From Paraphysomonas bandaiensis (taxonomy: Eukaryota > Protista > Chrysophyceae): 64,000 nt of DNA. The stretch lies in assembly GCA_965644295.1 (NCBI GenBank), contig CBFFRP010000281.1:62001-126000 (forward strand). The letters run 5' to 3'. A program made the position numbers and the translations under genes. This document shows, in pieces, positions 23,305 through 37,246 of the stretch (position 1 is its first letter; each line of letters begins with the position of its first letter). Under the pieces are notes generated by a model that saw only the letters and a program-made list of their open reading frames with translations, did not search any database and was not told the origin of the DNA.

Positions 23305-23824
23305 CGGGAGGACGCTTACTTGTCAATCGAGAGAGTTGTCGAGGTGATGAGCAGAAAATCTATGACAGTTATTAAGAGATCATAAATGAGTTGAGTATGG
23401 GAAGGCTTGCTGAAACATCGCGGTAAGTCTTGTTAGGTTTTTGGTGGTTTTATCCGTCAATTATGTCTCCTGATGTGAACATTCTATCTACAGCATTGAC
23501 TTGAGAGGGAGTGTTGGTTGTGTATCATATTTGTAAGGAATTGAAAGCTGTTTTTCTAAGGTACTTTTAATTTTTGTCGTTATTTGTATAATACAGTATA
23601 TGGAAGTAGTATTACATTAATTAATTAGATGGTATGGATTACTAAAACTTTATATATATAGATATGATAATAGATTTAGAGAATGACGATGAATGAGAGA
23701 TACGACACAATTTTATTAATAATTATTAAGTGTGATCACTGTTCAGTTGCTTACGTTAAATCATTCAATAAATACACTAAACTATGATATCAAACGAGAT
23801 ATTAGATATGCGATAAAATCAGGT

Positions 23825-24119
23825 GAATAATTCCAATACGGTTGAAAGATTTTTCAGTAGATCTAAGATTGTTATGACTTATGACTGATTTGCACAAGAG
23901 TATGACTCCTCGGTAGTTAGAGGTACTTATGTTTTTACACATGAATCGTCACCTCTGAAATGAAATTACAGTTGAGCAAGCTATGTTGCAGCTAACGTAT
24001 AGCTACTTGAGTATGTAGTTTAGTGTCAATATGTTGCAATTCGATTAATTGGGACAGCAAGTAGTAATTACAGTTGTAGTTGACTACAATCTGCGCTAAT
24101 TAATTGACAACTCAGCCTG
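23825..24119 (+). mobile_element. hAT transposase C-terminal (dimerisation domain) remnant with possible right end
   Basis: Translates with breaks to NSNTVERFFSRSKIVMT..LHKSMTPR*LEVLMFLHMNRHL, the hAT dimerisation consensus. Ends ...CAGCCTG. Confidence 0.7.
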
Positions 24120-24634
24120 AAGAGTAGGCCACATGAATAATCAGATGACAAGTTTTAGTCCAACGATACCTTATGGTAGCAATTATACAGCAGCAGTAGG
24201 TAGTAGGTAGTAGTTCGCACTTGAGTACAAAGGAGTCTATAGTATATTCTATACAATAATACAATATAAAATATGGTACACTCTATTGACTTCTATTACT
24301 GATTCTGTTGATGTTTGTTTCCCCTGAGTATTTCCCTGATTTCATTACAATCGCAACAATTTCAGTGAATACATCATTGTATTGTCTTTGTATTATGATG
24401 AGCGACTCGACAATACACAAATATCCTCAGACCGCTTTGTGTTGATCACAGAGCTGACCATTAGTCAACGCATATTCTTTACTTATGTAATCAGTAACCA
24501 CTGGTAGCCAGCATTCATTCAAGCGGTGTACGCTTTTTTCTGAGAGTTTCGTGGGATGACTAATTCCATATGTATTTCTTCTTGTTTTAGCAATTGCTAT
24601 ACTACAATCGTTGAGTATTTCTATCACGAATATA

Positions 24635-27600
24635 TTATTTACAATGATGCGGTACTGATAAAGGGTTTCCACTAAATTTAAAGAATTTCAGTTTCAGGGC
24701 TTGGTGTATCCTAGTCGGAAGCATGCGTAGTCTATTATTCGATACATCTAAAGCTTCCAGTCTTTCTAATTTTATAATGTCATTTCGAATCTCTTCAACA
24801 CTATTATCTTGCATGTACAGTTCTGTCAAGGACTTTAATCTCAGCACCGATTTCGGAAAATCTTTAAATCTGTTGTGTGATATATCTAGAATCTTCAAAT
24901 TCAGTAAACAGCTTATTCCTTTAGGTAGCAATGATAACTGGTTCCAAGATAGACTCAAACGCTTCAAATTCGTCAATAAAAGGATGTGCTTTGGAAACGT
25001 AACTAAATCATTGTGACTTAATGTGAGGGAGCTCAATGGAGTAAGCTGACAAATAGACAAAGCCACTGTGCCATTGAAACTATTTCCGAGTTCAGCAACA
25101 AGTGGGGCTGATTTTGAATTTCCAATGTCCACTGCTTCACACTTCGCAAAACAATTACATAGCTTTACGGCACACTCAGTGGCGATGGATGACAGTACAA
25201 GAGAGTCGCGGGCAAATGACTCACGTAAGTGCTTATATCGTTCAACAGACTCTCCAACAGAAGATATGTCTAAAGGGGCATACGAGGAATCCATGAGGGC
25301 ACAATTAAAACCAGCAGTCGGGTGTGAGCATTCAACCAATGCGCTATGAAGCTGATACAAGAAATCGAAATTTTCAGTGACAAAAATGTGTCTGGACAGC
25401 TTGTACAGAATGTCGGGTGTATATGTCAGTGATAACGAAGAGGCGGTAATAGACTCCATAAGTAAATCGGCTATAATATAACTAACCTTTTCATCGCTAG
25501 GGAACTGATCCGATATGTGCAACAGGGATGGCACCACGGCGTCACCTGAAAGCAGTAACTCAGCCATGCTATCTTTATTTAAAACGAACTCTCGGAATGT
25601 ATTGGCCAGAATACCATGCATTTGACAGCGACGTAAGACTAAACGTAGGAGAGAACTCTCAAACGAAAATAAATTCAATCCACCAATATGCTCGGACAGC
25701 AGATCTAAGGGGTCTGAATTCTTCTTTCCAATATGTGACACGCTTAGTGCATTGGTAAACACAGCGCGGGCGCTACTTGAGGAGTCATTTAATAGGCCTC
25801 CTATCATCAGTACACTGTACATGCTGTGCAGGCGAAGGACAAAGTCGCGAGGCAGGTCGCTATCCCCCACCAGCAGATGTTGAAATATTGATACCATGTG
25901 GCCTGTATCCGCACTGCTGGTGTATGCACCTGCTAAACTACTTACGTATAGCCACAGGGCGATAGCAACCTCATATACAAGGTTGCAGTCACTATCCTTT
26001 CTGCACTCTACTATGGAATTGCGGGCCATTGAGACAACGTCGGAAACATCGGCACAAACCTCAGCAAAATCATTTATAGTCAAACCAGAATAAAAAGTCA
26101 TCGGTGCTCCCAACACGACACTATAAAGTACCCTATCATTAGTCTCCGTATCACAGCGTCCAATATGAAATGCCAGTTTCGGATGCACTATCTTAGAGGC
26201 AAGCTGCATGTACTGCTCAAGCGCTATATTTCCAAGCAAAAGGCGGCCTCCAAGTTCCTGAAGTCGTACCTGAATATCAGATATCCATGTACGGTCGTCA
26301 TGTTGGATAGGAACAGAGGGAACAGAAAATGATGTTCGTTCGAAGAAACTATTGAGAGCTAGCAGATTGGCAGATATGGCAGCAGGCTTCACACAACACA
26401 TCCAAGTATACACGATAGAAGTATCTAAGAATCCACCGCTTTCTGCGAATAGTAATGTGCACCACCACACACACTGAGCAGACACATCAGATGCATGAGA
26501 AGTGCGATTTTCATCGAGTACAATAGTGAACCGGCCGCCACGGTGTGCTGCAGTAAAAAGTAAGGCTATGAGGTACAATACTTCATATCACCGAACTCTA
26601 CCTTCTAATGAAACTGCAATATCTACAGCTGTGACGTCACAGTGTGCACGTTTCAGAATATCCAAAACTCTAATCCCTAGCTGAGGTGCTTTCTCCATCA
26701 GGGAGCGGCAATTCATCACAGCTGTATTCCTAACAAGAAAAATAACGAATGACTCCACAGGACAACTTCAATAACGAACCCTCGTACCAATCAACTGTTG
26801 GTACAAATACGGCACTGTCATCATCACATGCACGGAGAATTCTATCTCCGATATATTCTCCGGTCAGCATCAGATACAAGAGTACGGCCCACAAAATGTT
26901 TGAGGTAAATGTCAGTGACATCCCTGAGCCCTCATCAGCAATAATCTTCATGATATCTCGACAACTAAAGCCCAGAACAGAAAAATCTGGCCAGTGTACT
27001 TCTAGAGATCCTTCAGCAGAATGCATACGTGTGAAGGGGGTACAAGAAGGGTGAAAAGGTAGAGAAGAATGTGGAATGTACAATAACTTTGCCAAAAACA
27101 CACACGCTAAGTCTCCTGAACAGGTAGCCCACATGCCCCTTGCCAATCCCAGGGCTGCAAATGTGAGGGTATAAACTCCTAGCCCATTTCCCAGCATATG
27201 TGACTGTGATGAAGAATCCTGCGCATCACTGCTAGTACTAAAATCGTTATTTGTGGAAATTCTCGATTCTCTTGTAAAGGGAGGTGTACTTGCCAGGACT
27301 CTTTCCACTGCAGCATGGATCGCCCAAGATCGCGGGAACCGCGACAATATTCGTAGTAGTGTCTCATGCGTAGGCTGCAATTCAGGCGATAGCAACTCAA
27401 TATGAAGGAGATAAACTATCCAGGCTCGCTCATCCATCCGGCAGGAGAGGTCATTATCAAGATTTGAACAGAGATTCGTTAATGCTGCATCCAACAAGCT
27501 TTCGGTCCCTTCTCTGCCTGCGGATATACTTCTCTGAAGACAGTCACGCACCCAAACAGCATTAAGACGCATCGGTGAAAAGCCATATATATACCAGAGT

Positions 27601-28670
27601 TTTGAGAATAACTTCCCAAGGGTTGAGATTTTCACTTGTTTCAACAGCTGCAATATAGTTTTCTACCCAGTAGCTCTCGTTTTCCCCCTACGGACACGTC
27701 GGTCACGTAGTGAATATAATTCGTAGCCTCAAAAGAAAACGTATGCTACGCACACAGAAAACTCATCTACACACCTGAGATGTAAGAGGAGACGAATACT
27801 GGAATCTTACGTCTCTTCGGCCCAAGTACTTTCTTACGATCCCGCCATCCGAATTACCCCTTCCCCCCTGCTCTCGCTCTTTGAGGTATTTCCGATACTC
27901 AACTTTCCTATACACCGTTCGTTTGGAAGACTGGGTTGCTTCAGAAATCGGAGGTAAGGGTGTACTAGTGTCGCCAAGATGTTGAAATCTACAGTTCTAA
28001 ATATTCAAGTGATAGTGAGACCGAGAAGCGATAGTGAATGCCCCACAGAGAAGGCAAAAAAAAGTACCTCGTCCGTGCACCTTCCACACAGTTCATAGGT
28101 ACATAACGGGAGCATAGGGTCTACACGCATAACACCACTACCATTAGTTTCCAAGATAGCTTCAGACTGGCTCCTTTCATTGCCGCCTTCACTGCTACTA
28201 AGGAACATTCCAGCATGTGAGAACAACGCCGACCCTTTTGCAGTACAGATCGCATTGTACATTGTCACATTCCACCATAGATTATCCAATACATCGCGTC
28301 TATTCGTATCCTGAGAAGATGTTTCTGAAGATCTCTCTAAAGATGACTCTGATTTAGTGTGTGTGTTATCTCCAGAGACTGTTATTAACTGACAGTAAAG
28401 AGATGAGAGTTTCCTTTTAGTTTGTGATTGTTGTGAAGATAACAATGAAACTCTTTTCTCTGCTTTATCAATCAAATCACGTGATTCTTTTACATTAATT
28501 TCAGTCTCTATAATACAATTAAATGGCTATATATGTTTATATATATGTATATACAGACCGCGTATGAGGGAGTCGATGGTACGTATACGACGAGCTAGTT
28601 CTAATGCTTTCCGTTCAGTAGATTGTAAATGTGATTCTGCAGATCGAAGAGCACTCTCTAATCCATTCAT
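24635..28670 (-). CDS. zf-C3H1 (ZFC3H1/Red1-like) zinc-finger protein with helical core and C-terminal leucine-rich repeats; multi-exon
   Basis: Splicing across an intron at ~27995-28067 gives DPMLPLCTYELCGRCTDE|NCRFQHL (C-x6-C-x4-C-x3-H). N-terminal coiled-coil. ORFs 26730-27653 and 24635-26578 are later exons, the last with LRRs (LTLSHNDL, LSLSWNQL, LDISHNRF, LYMQDNSV, LDVSNNRL, FKFSGNPL). Start and exon joins inferred. Confidence 0.7.
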
Positions 28671-29026
28671 ATCTGTACTATTCACTTATAGGACTATGTT
28701 ACTTCTCTATATCTCAACTATCTTAAGGTCACTACACGCTTACAGGCCTTGAATGAGAAGCAATAAATGTCCAATTTTGATATTAAAAAAACATACATAT
28801 TCAGTTTTTGAACCCATAAAAATGTAAAATCAGTAGTTTTCAACTAAAATATACAGTATATAGGACTGATAGTACATGGTATATACAGCAGAGTATCATT
28901 TGATGGTTACTGTATGTATGTATGTATGAGTGAGTGTGTGTACATGCAGCAGTGCAATGAACCGTCTCTCAGCTATTACTATAAACAACTGCATACAACT
29001 AATGTGGAAGAAGACAATTGCACCAT

Positions 29027-29803
29027 ATGCTAACATTATCATATAGATGCACACTATTTGCAGTGTTCTCTCTTACATGCACACATATATGTTATGCCAT
29101 ATCGACATGTTCCACACCTGTGCATATGAGCTCAGGACGCACTGAGTTCTTTCACTCTGAAACAATAGATCTTATTGACAGTGAAGCAAAGCATTTTTGC
29201 TTATTATATTCTATTTCGAATGAGGATTGCCAGCGTCTTATTGACTTCCATCGGTCGAAGTGCTTCCAGGATGCAAGTGATGGTGGTGAGGGAGGGTCCG
29301 ATGACAGTACAGAGGATGGAGACAATAGTGTAGAACCCTCAACAGTTTCTGATGTCGAGGGTGAGACTACGGGTATACCAGATGATGAGTCAGAAATGCG
29401 TGATACCAGGCCTTCATCTGTGGACTATTCTCAACGCCACGGTCCCGTGCTCTCTGTGACGAAGGAAACAATTACACAGAAGTTGCAAATGTTCGTGGGA
29501 GAAACACCTTCTCAAGCCGTCTCTCGCTTTTGTGGGATGTATCAGCTTGAGGAATCACAATGCACTGAAGTGCGAGAACATTTTTATGGGTTGTGTCGCC
29601 GTTCGAACATTGAACACGATGATATTAGCGAGTTCTTTCCACCTGATACAGAGGACAGTCAACGCTCGTTCGTTGATCAAACCGAGGCAGCTATAACTGA
29701 TTACTTTTCCTTTGTCAAACCGTTTGTTGAAGAGTACTGGAATTGGATTGCTCTTGCAATTGTTGTTTTTTACGTTGTTATGGATAATCAACATATTTTG
29801 TAG
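29027..29803 (+). CDS. Uncharacterised type-I membrane protein with two Cys-containing repeats
   Basis: Hydrophobic N-terminal signal, two FC-x9-C-x10-C units (KHFCLLYSISNEDCQRLIDFHRSKC; SRFCGMYQLEESQCTEVREHFYGLC), acidic linker and C-terminal TM helix (WNWIALAIVVFYVVM). Confidence 0.75.
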   Translation: MLTLSYRCTLFAVFSLTCTHICYAISTCSTPVHMSSGRTEFFHSETIDLIDSEAKHFCLLYSISNEDCQRLIDFHRSKCFQDASDGGEGGSDDSTEDGDNSVEPSTVSDVEGETTGIPDDESEMRDTRPSSVDYSQRHGPVLSVTKETITQKLQMFVGETPSQAVSRFCGMYQLEESQCTEVREHFYGLCRRSNIEHDDISEFFPPDTEDSQRSFVDQTEAAITDYFSFVKPFVEEYWNWIALAIVVFYVVMDNQHIL

Positions 29804-30352
29804 CTGTGTATTTGTGGAAAATTGATTGTGAATAAGTAGAAAGTTTTTGGGGTATTGTCTTGCACCCCTTTATTATCTTTGCACCACAATATGAAGATTT
29901 TATATATGAAATTTGATTTCAAGTAGAGAATGCTAATGAATGAAAACTGGTATTAGATTCATCGTTTCACGTACATCTCTAACGCGAACAAGATATCAAT
30001 CGACTGAATAATTATCAGATAATTACTGTACAATGCTCTATTCAACCGCTCCTTGCTATTGTACTATTAGCCTTTATTCCTCATGTGAGGTTTATTATAA
30101 CTATAACTAATAATTTTACCTTCTAACTAAAACGAAGTATATAGTTAATTGAACACTCCTAAGACTAGCGTTAAAACTTATATACAGTACTAAGTGCACT
30201 TTAGAGAGGCCGGGTAATGTACACCATTACATATGATAGACGAATGCTATTTACTATACGACATATAATAATACTAATAAGAATAAAAGAATTATTCAAT
30301 TATATCGAAAAATATTCTAGCATTTACAAGCAAAGCACTGATTAATAAAAGT

Positions 30353-32092
30353 CTACATGAACGACACATCAGGCTCACTACTTATATCTACACCATGAAC
30401 ATGCTTCACAATATACTGCTCGCTGTAAGCACTATGCTCCCCTCTCTGAAACAAAAATCGATTTATATAGTAGTACGTTATCAGCTCCATGCCTACCGTC
30501 ATTTTTACTCGGCGGAAGAAAAAATTTTTCCCAGGATTGGAAGCGTTGCACAGAATAACCCCAGGATAAGGATTTAGACCACCAACAGAAATAACGTTTT
30601 GAAGACTGATGTCGGTTATTGTGACTAGTGGATTAGTTGGGCACGTTTTATCCAAGGGATATTTCATCGAACACCCTGCACGCAGCCATGATTGAGGAAA
30701 TTAAAAACTAGAAACAGTTCAACCAGCGTAATATCCATTAGGCTCACTCATTTGTTGAGGACCAATCCATATTGGCCACCACATTGCATCATACATTTTT
30801 ATGTTTTCATAGGATATGTTCGCAACCATCCCTCGTCCTTCGTTACCTGGGTTGGATCTTCAGTAGCAACAGATATTACATATGTTTATTTTGTGATAAA
30901 CTCACTTTATGTGAATGCCTTTGAGTGGCCTGTGCATGGTGATGTTTCTGAAGACAACATCCCGAACGCAATGATTATATTTACTTGGAGGAACTAAGGT
31001 AAAATTAAAATACAAAACATTGTTTGCAAAAAATTTCATACCAGATCCGACTGTTAGCCCAACTCCGTATGTAACGGTCAGGTTTTCAACAAACCCACTC
31101 GCGCAAGTGCAATACAAAAAATTTCTGAGGAATATAAAAGTTATTTTACGTCACAGGCAATACCTATGCCGTACTCTTTACACGGCTTGAACGCTACCAC
31201 ATCGTCAAAATTAGTTATAAATCCGTTGTATATATGAACATTTGACGCTCTGGCATCAATTCCATCCGTGTTTAGAGGGAAAGTTGGTATTCCAGAACCC
31301 GTGAGGGTCCCACCTTGGTCATTGTCATATATATACTGAACAGCATAATAGCTAATGGATACCTGTCAGCTGCTTCATAATGTCATCTTGTTTTTGAATA
31401 TCAACGTGAATAACAAAATTTCGAACAACGATATTTCGACAATCTGTAAGTTAAGACAATTACAACGACAATATTGATGGCGAAGTAGACCCAATACCTT
31501 GGAAAAATAAATGAAACCTTGGACTGTTGACAAACGTAAGTCCATCAATAAGAATATTCTCGGAAGTGGTCCAATATATCATGGACCCCCTTGTATCTTT
31601 ATGATGACATGTAGGGAATGCACAACTTATGGCCCACCACCACCAGTTGTATCCCTAACAGAACACATATAATTTCCGTACATCACAACAACTTCAACTT
31701 GCAACCTGTCCATCAATTGTTCCGGATCCCTTGATAGTAATATTTGATGCATTTGTCATGTCAATTTGATTTAATGCATACCCATCATCATCAATTGGCC
31801 ATAAAGATATACTTGAGTGTGCAGTGAGTATTCCATCAATAACAAACGTGATATTATGGATATTAGTTTGTTTCAATGGACCAAAATAAAACTGCTTTGA
31901 AGGTACATATACAACACGATCAGTTGTATTTATAGAAGCTGCTTCAAATGCCATTTGTATTGCTAGTGTATTTGCAGTGGCTACTATAAAATCAGGTTCT
32001 TCTGATGTTGATATCGCTCCAAAGTATGTGATATCATATCGGGCATTAATTGTTAAGGTAATGACGAGTAAGATTGTTATTAGAAGAAACAT
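30353..32092 (-). CDS. Glycoside hydrolase family 28 (polygalacturonase-like), secreted, multi-exon
   Basis: Signal peptide; GSGTIDGQG, FPLNTDGID, NFDDVVAFKP, GVGLTVGS and IHIK motifs spread over short GT-AG exons. Confidence 0.88.
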
Positions 32093-32757
32093 GCTGGTGA
32101 TTGGGAGAGTTGTGTTTAATAGAGCACCTTACATATATATATATGCAGATATATGTATGTATGTCTATGTATGTATGTAGATGTATGTGTGTGTCTTGTT
32201 CGTAGGCCAATTCACATATCAATTCGATTACTATATTCTGACCTGATCAGACACTTCGGACTTCATGTACAGGTACAGAAGAGTGGTGGGTGTGAATGAT
32301 AGACTGTGTATGTGTATATGATCTTATGGGATCTGGTGTGTTAAGATGTCCACAATATATTCTATATGGGATACTTCTACGTACACGTACAGCAGCAGTG
32401 TACATCTGTACATAATACTTGTACATTGCTGTGTACATATGTATATGTATGAAGGATACTTGTATACTCTGTAGAATTGACACTGCTGAAGTACACAGGT
32501 ACATTGTACTTTTATGTCCAATCATATGGCTCACTAAACTGTAAAATACATATGATTGGTGGATACCCTTAGGCCACATGTACGATAGTATGGCATGCAG
32601 GCTCTATATACTAACTGTATGAGTCTGGCCTATCCACATGCATATTACTCTCCATAACCCTCTCCTCACACTACAACATCGTACACATCTATTCCAAACT
32701 GCTGCATGTTTACTTAATAAATCTTCTAACCCAACTATCAAAGTATCCAACTTCACT

Positions 32758-34332
32758 ATGACCACACCTCTTCATGCCTTTTACGCGATATTAGAGTTAG
32801 TATTTTTGTATAGTACAGCGAGAGGGTTCGGGTACATTCTATCACATGTTCCTAAGGCTATTATGGTGTGTTACAGAAAGATAAATAAGGATAATAGTTC
32901 AGATAGTGAAACAGTAACAGCTCCTCTATTACCTGATTTTTTAGGCATGCTCATTGCTGGAGTCTTTCTGGCAAATATTCCTGGCGACTTGTTGCGCCAT
33001 ATTCCCGATTTATGGTCAGCTTGTATTCGAAAAGCTGCACTTACTGTAATTCTTGCAAGAGCTGGACTTAATCTTGATGTAGAAGCTCTACGCAAAAGAG
33101 GTACAATAACTCTTCGTCTGGCAAGCATGCCGTGTCTTGCCGAGGCCACAATTGCTGCCTTCGTAACCCGCTTGTTTCGACCAGAAACTTCTTGGGGGTT
33201 CTGTTTTTGCTTGGGTTTTATTCTTGCTGCTGTTAGTCCTGCTGTTGTTGTTCCTTCTCTTCTCACTCTGCAAGATGCTGGGTATGGTGTTGACAAAGGA
33301 ATACCGACGTTGATTTTGGCGGCTGCATCTCTTGATGATGTACTTGCCATATGTGGTTTTGGCGTCGCCATTGACATTGCATTTGCGAAATTAGAAGGAG
33401 GTAGCCAAAGCAATGTGGTGTGGATAGCGATGAAAGCCCCCATATCTATTATTGGTGGCCTCGCAGTTGGATATATAACGGGCTATATGCAGTACTATGT
33501 GTGGCGAATAAACTGGTCGGTGGCAATACCTAGAATATGCACTGAAAACTCCTCTTCGCGCTTTAGCACTGAATCAAGGGCCGCTATGTTTTTAGTAATA
33601 TCGCTTGCAGTTGTGTTTGTTGCGTCAACATATGGATTTGATGCTGGAGGTTACCTTACAGTTATGGTATCTGGCTTCGTTGTGGCCACAGCTGCAAAAG
33701 GGGACGACGAGGGGAATGCAGCTTTGGCTAAAGGCGCAGCAGAAGTCAGCAATGGTTTTAAAATTCTATGGGGTTATATTATGCCGGCTCTGTTTATGTT
33801 AATTGGAGCCCAAGTTAATCTGTCCGACATCTCACAGGGAGATTTCAGTACCGCTGTATATGTCTTGTTAATTGCTGTAACTCTTCGTGTTGCTGTCACA
33901 CTTTTCGCTGTATCTCCAGGGTCCAAGCTATCCACTTTAGAATCTATCTTTATTGCAGTAGCATGGTTTCCCAAGGCAACTGTACAAGCTGCTTTAGGAT
34001 CCGCAGTTCTCGACCGTGCCTATAATCTAAATGTACAAGATGATGGTGACTCAGATGCTGAAAGTGATGCCAAGAATGCTGGTAGATTAATTTTAACAGC
34101 TGCTGTATTGGCTATTTTGGTCACAGCGCCGATAGGGTCAATTGGAATATTTGCATGTGGACCGCGGTGGTTACATCGAAGTGAAAATAATGCCCACAAT
34201 ATATATAAGGGCTCAACTAGAGTGGTTAGAGATGATTCCAATTCGCAACTGGATGTAGGCGAAGGTACTGATTTGGATGAGGAGTATGTCGCGCTTCAGA
34301 TAGAGAAACATGAGGAAAGAAATATTTTGTAA
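32758..34332 (+). CDS. Na+/H+ antiporter, SLC9B/NHA (CPA2) family
   Basis: Multiple TM helices with family motifs LGFILAAVSPAVVVP, GYGVDKGIPTLILAAASLDDV and WFPKATVQAALG. Likely start ATG at 32758; the ORF is open from 32638. Confidence 0.92.
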   Translation: MTTPLHAFYAILELVFLYSTARGFGYILSHVPKAIMVCYRKINKDNSSDSETVTAPLLPDFLGMLIAGVFLANIPGDLLRHIPDLWSACIRKAALTVILARAGLNLDVEALRKRGTITLRLASMPCLAEATIAAFVTRLFRPETSWGFCFCLGFILAAVSPAVVVPSLLTLQDAGYGVDKGIPTLILAAASLDDVLAICGFGVAIDIAFAKLEGGSQSNVVWIAMKAPISIIGGLAVGYITGYMQYYVWRINWSVAIPRICTENSSSRFSTESRAAMFLVISLAVVFVASTYGFDAGGYLTVMVSGFVVATAAKGDDEGNAALAKGAAEVSNGFKILWGYIMPALFMLIGAQVNLSDISQGDFSTAVYVLLIAVTLRVAVTLFAVSPGSKLSTLESIFIAVAWFPKATVQAALGSAVLDRAYNLNVQDDGDSDAESDAKNAGRLILTAAVLAILVTAPIGSIGIFACGPRWLHRSENNAHNIYKGSTRVVRDDSNSQLDVGEGTDLDEEYVALQIEKHEERNIL

Positions 34333-35335
34333 TATGTTTCTTTATTTCATGTATTCTTGGCTATGCTCAATAGATAATTTAGCAGATATGTTTGATGTGT
34401 GAGGCTTTGTATTAGTTAGTAATGTTGGTACGTATTCGTGTTATGTTTGAGCTCTTCACTACAATAAAAAACAATCTGTAAATATTAACAACAATATTTC
34501 CTGACTGTATAAAATGGCCACACTAGCATCGAGAATGGACAGTCTACAAACCTCCTAGCTGAAGTGTCGGCTCAATTCATATCGATATCTCTCTCCCACT
34601 TTCTCCCTCCCTTATTTTTGTAATGGTTCGATGTCTCACCTTATAATATATACCTCAATGCTATGATCCCATTATACAGTAAAGTTCTGTAATTTGCAGT
34701 ACATGTAAGTATGTAAGTAGTAAGTACAGTTTATAGTTTATGACTGATTACTTGGGTTCTAAGTTTTTACTAAAATATACTAGTTTTAATTTGAATCATG
34801 ACCGATAAAACTAATAGTGCAGCGTGCACCCTATCATAAATTGTAAATTGACCCTTGAAGCAAGTATGCTAAACTGTGAGTGTGAACATCACACTACAAA
34901 AATTGGAATAGTGATTGGCTTTTACAATATACCAAGTCTATATACTATATAAACCAAGGTCCTGAAACCTGAAACCTTCATAGCTTATCAAAAAATGAAA
35001 AAATAAAACGATTATACTTCAAGCTTCTCGTATAAGGTCATATTATTACAACGTGATACAAGAGTAACGAATAACAAGAATATGTAAATGCAGTACTTGT
35101 ACCCATGTCATTTCAAACAGCTCCTCATATTAACGAAGAGAACAACCATCTCGTTTCGCGTCTTCGCGATTGGTTTCGGATAATCACTTCTACCATCAAA
35201 CGTATTATCTCGAGACTAACTACAAATAAATGCGCATGTAATTTTCAAGAAGCTAATTTCTACAGGGCCACAATAAAGATTATACAACTGCGGCACAACT
35301 GTTAAAACTTTCTTCGCTGATATACAAGTCTCACT

Positions 35336-36644
35336 CTAATGAGTGGTAACAATATCGATGCACAGAGAAGATTCCTGTGTGGGAGCAGATGATGGAACAC
35401 CCGGAGTAAGCTTAATGTTACACTGCAATAATCGCTCGCTATCCGCAGACTCTCCCACTATAAGCACATGAACAGTTTCCTTGGTAGTATGCACTGTTTG
35501 TTCCGTTGTACATTGGTCTTCTTTGGTAATAAATATTGAGTTTGTGGTAGTGCGGTCATAGACAGAAAGAGTTGTTGAATCCACAAAACTATGCACTGAC
35601 CCCAGCATACCGAATACTCCAGGTGCGTAGTCGTATTCAAATACATAGTCCAATGCTATTGGATAACTCGTTACGTTGAAAAAAGTACGGGTCTCAAATG
35701 TCAATCCATCGTGACAAACAGCAAAGCTTTCTGTTGGGAACACAACATACGCCACGGTTTCTGGAGTAGTGATTTCAAAATATGATGCATCATGCGAATC
35801 ATGAGGAACAAGTACAAACCAAACACTACGAAGTTTCACCTGCAGTATTCTTAGGGATATATAAAATTAAAGAAAACATTTACCTGCCACGCTCGCACTG
35901 AGAGGAATAGGTCTCGTCCGTTGTCGACGGTATTTACACTGGTCTGTAGCTGTTGGATACACCCGGCCAATTCATGCACAGTGCAATAATCTTCTTCTGT
36001 GACACAACCAGTGGGATATGTCAGCTGAATGGCATTGCCGTTAGAGTTGGTAGCTATCGGCTCCGCTGAAGCCCGCGTAATTTCGCCAGAGCCAATAATA
36101 AAGTTCGTGTTGAAATTTTCATCCGTATGGTTCATAAGTAGATTATACGCACCCTCAGGTCCTAGCATCCACGCAACATCCAGGTATACTGGAGTAGGTG
36201 GGGTTGTCGGGACAAACCATTCCTTTGAGCAGTAGCTATCATTCGGAAATACAAGCTTGAATTCAAATGTAAAGGTACCATCCTCATTGTGAACAGGGCG
36301 ACCGTTCATTTTAGGAACAATTGGGGGGATAAACAACACCCCATGTTCATCAGGATACCTACAGTATAATTATTTGATAGACTTAAACATCAACACACGC
36401 ACCAATCAGCTTTGACAATTTCAGCAACATCTGGAATACTGATAAATGCCACAGCATTATCACTCTGAAGAACTGATTCAGTGGTAATAGATGTCCATTC
36501 AGATGTACTCAGTGCTTCAACTCTTCTAAATCCAACTTCCAGCCAGTTATAATCAATGTATTCCTTTCTAATGAGATCGAACGGAGCAGATACGACAAGA
36601 GTCGCCTGAATGAATAATAATAATACGCTTAGATGTAATATCAT
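35336..36644 (-). CDS. Secreted uncharacterised protein, three exons
   Basis: Signal peptide MILHLSVLLLFIQATLVVSA. ORFs 36390-36644, 35851-36339 and 35336-35839 are joined by short GT-AG introns. PSSAPT linker near the end; the 3' end is uncertain. Confidence 0.65.
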
Positions 36645-37246
36645 AGCGATAATTTATAGATATTAATATGGATATGACACTGCAGATGACTGTTAAATTA
36701 TCTCATGTGTATATATATATATGAGATGGGATGGTACTGCTGTGTACTGTACTGCGTGTACTGCTGCGTGTACTGGTTATGTGGAGTGTGAGGGATTTGG
36801 TAGCATCTTCCCATCACACATGTCGCCAGTGTATATACAGGGATACAGGAAGGGATGTGTGTATGAGATGAGGGGTAGAATACAGGCTTCGAACATCGTA
36901 TTTGAATACGTTATAGACCTTCACATTCGATCATACTGACGTCACTTATCTAGTTTGACTACCCGTGGAAATAATAAACGGTCCGTAGGGAGGTTATGAA
37001 ATGATACGTCCCGTAGAATGCGGAACTTTTCTTCTTGTGAACATCTCGGCGGAAATGCCAAAAATGCATAAAAAAATAAACGGCGCGGCAAAATATAAAG
37101 GCAAAAGCAAGAATGTTCAAGATATTTCTCTTTCTTTCTCATTATGAATATTTCACTATCTACTGGATACTTCATATGAAAATATCTTGCTATTTCATTG
37201 TTGCTACTTCCTTCAGATTTATCAAAATAAACTCAGGAATAACAAT

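Noticed and set aside
32380-32440. Short palindrome between the divergent GH28 and NHA genes
   Set aside because: Low-complexity GTAC/TATA-rich sequence pairs easily by chance; may only reflect mirrored promoter motifs.
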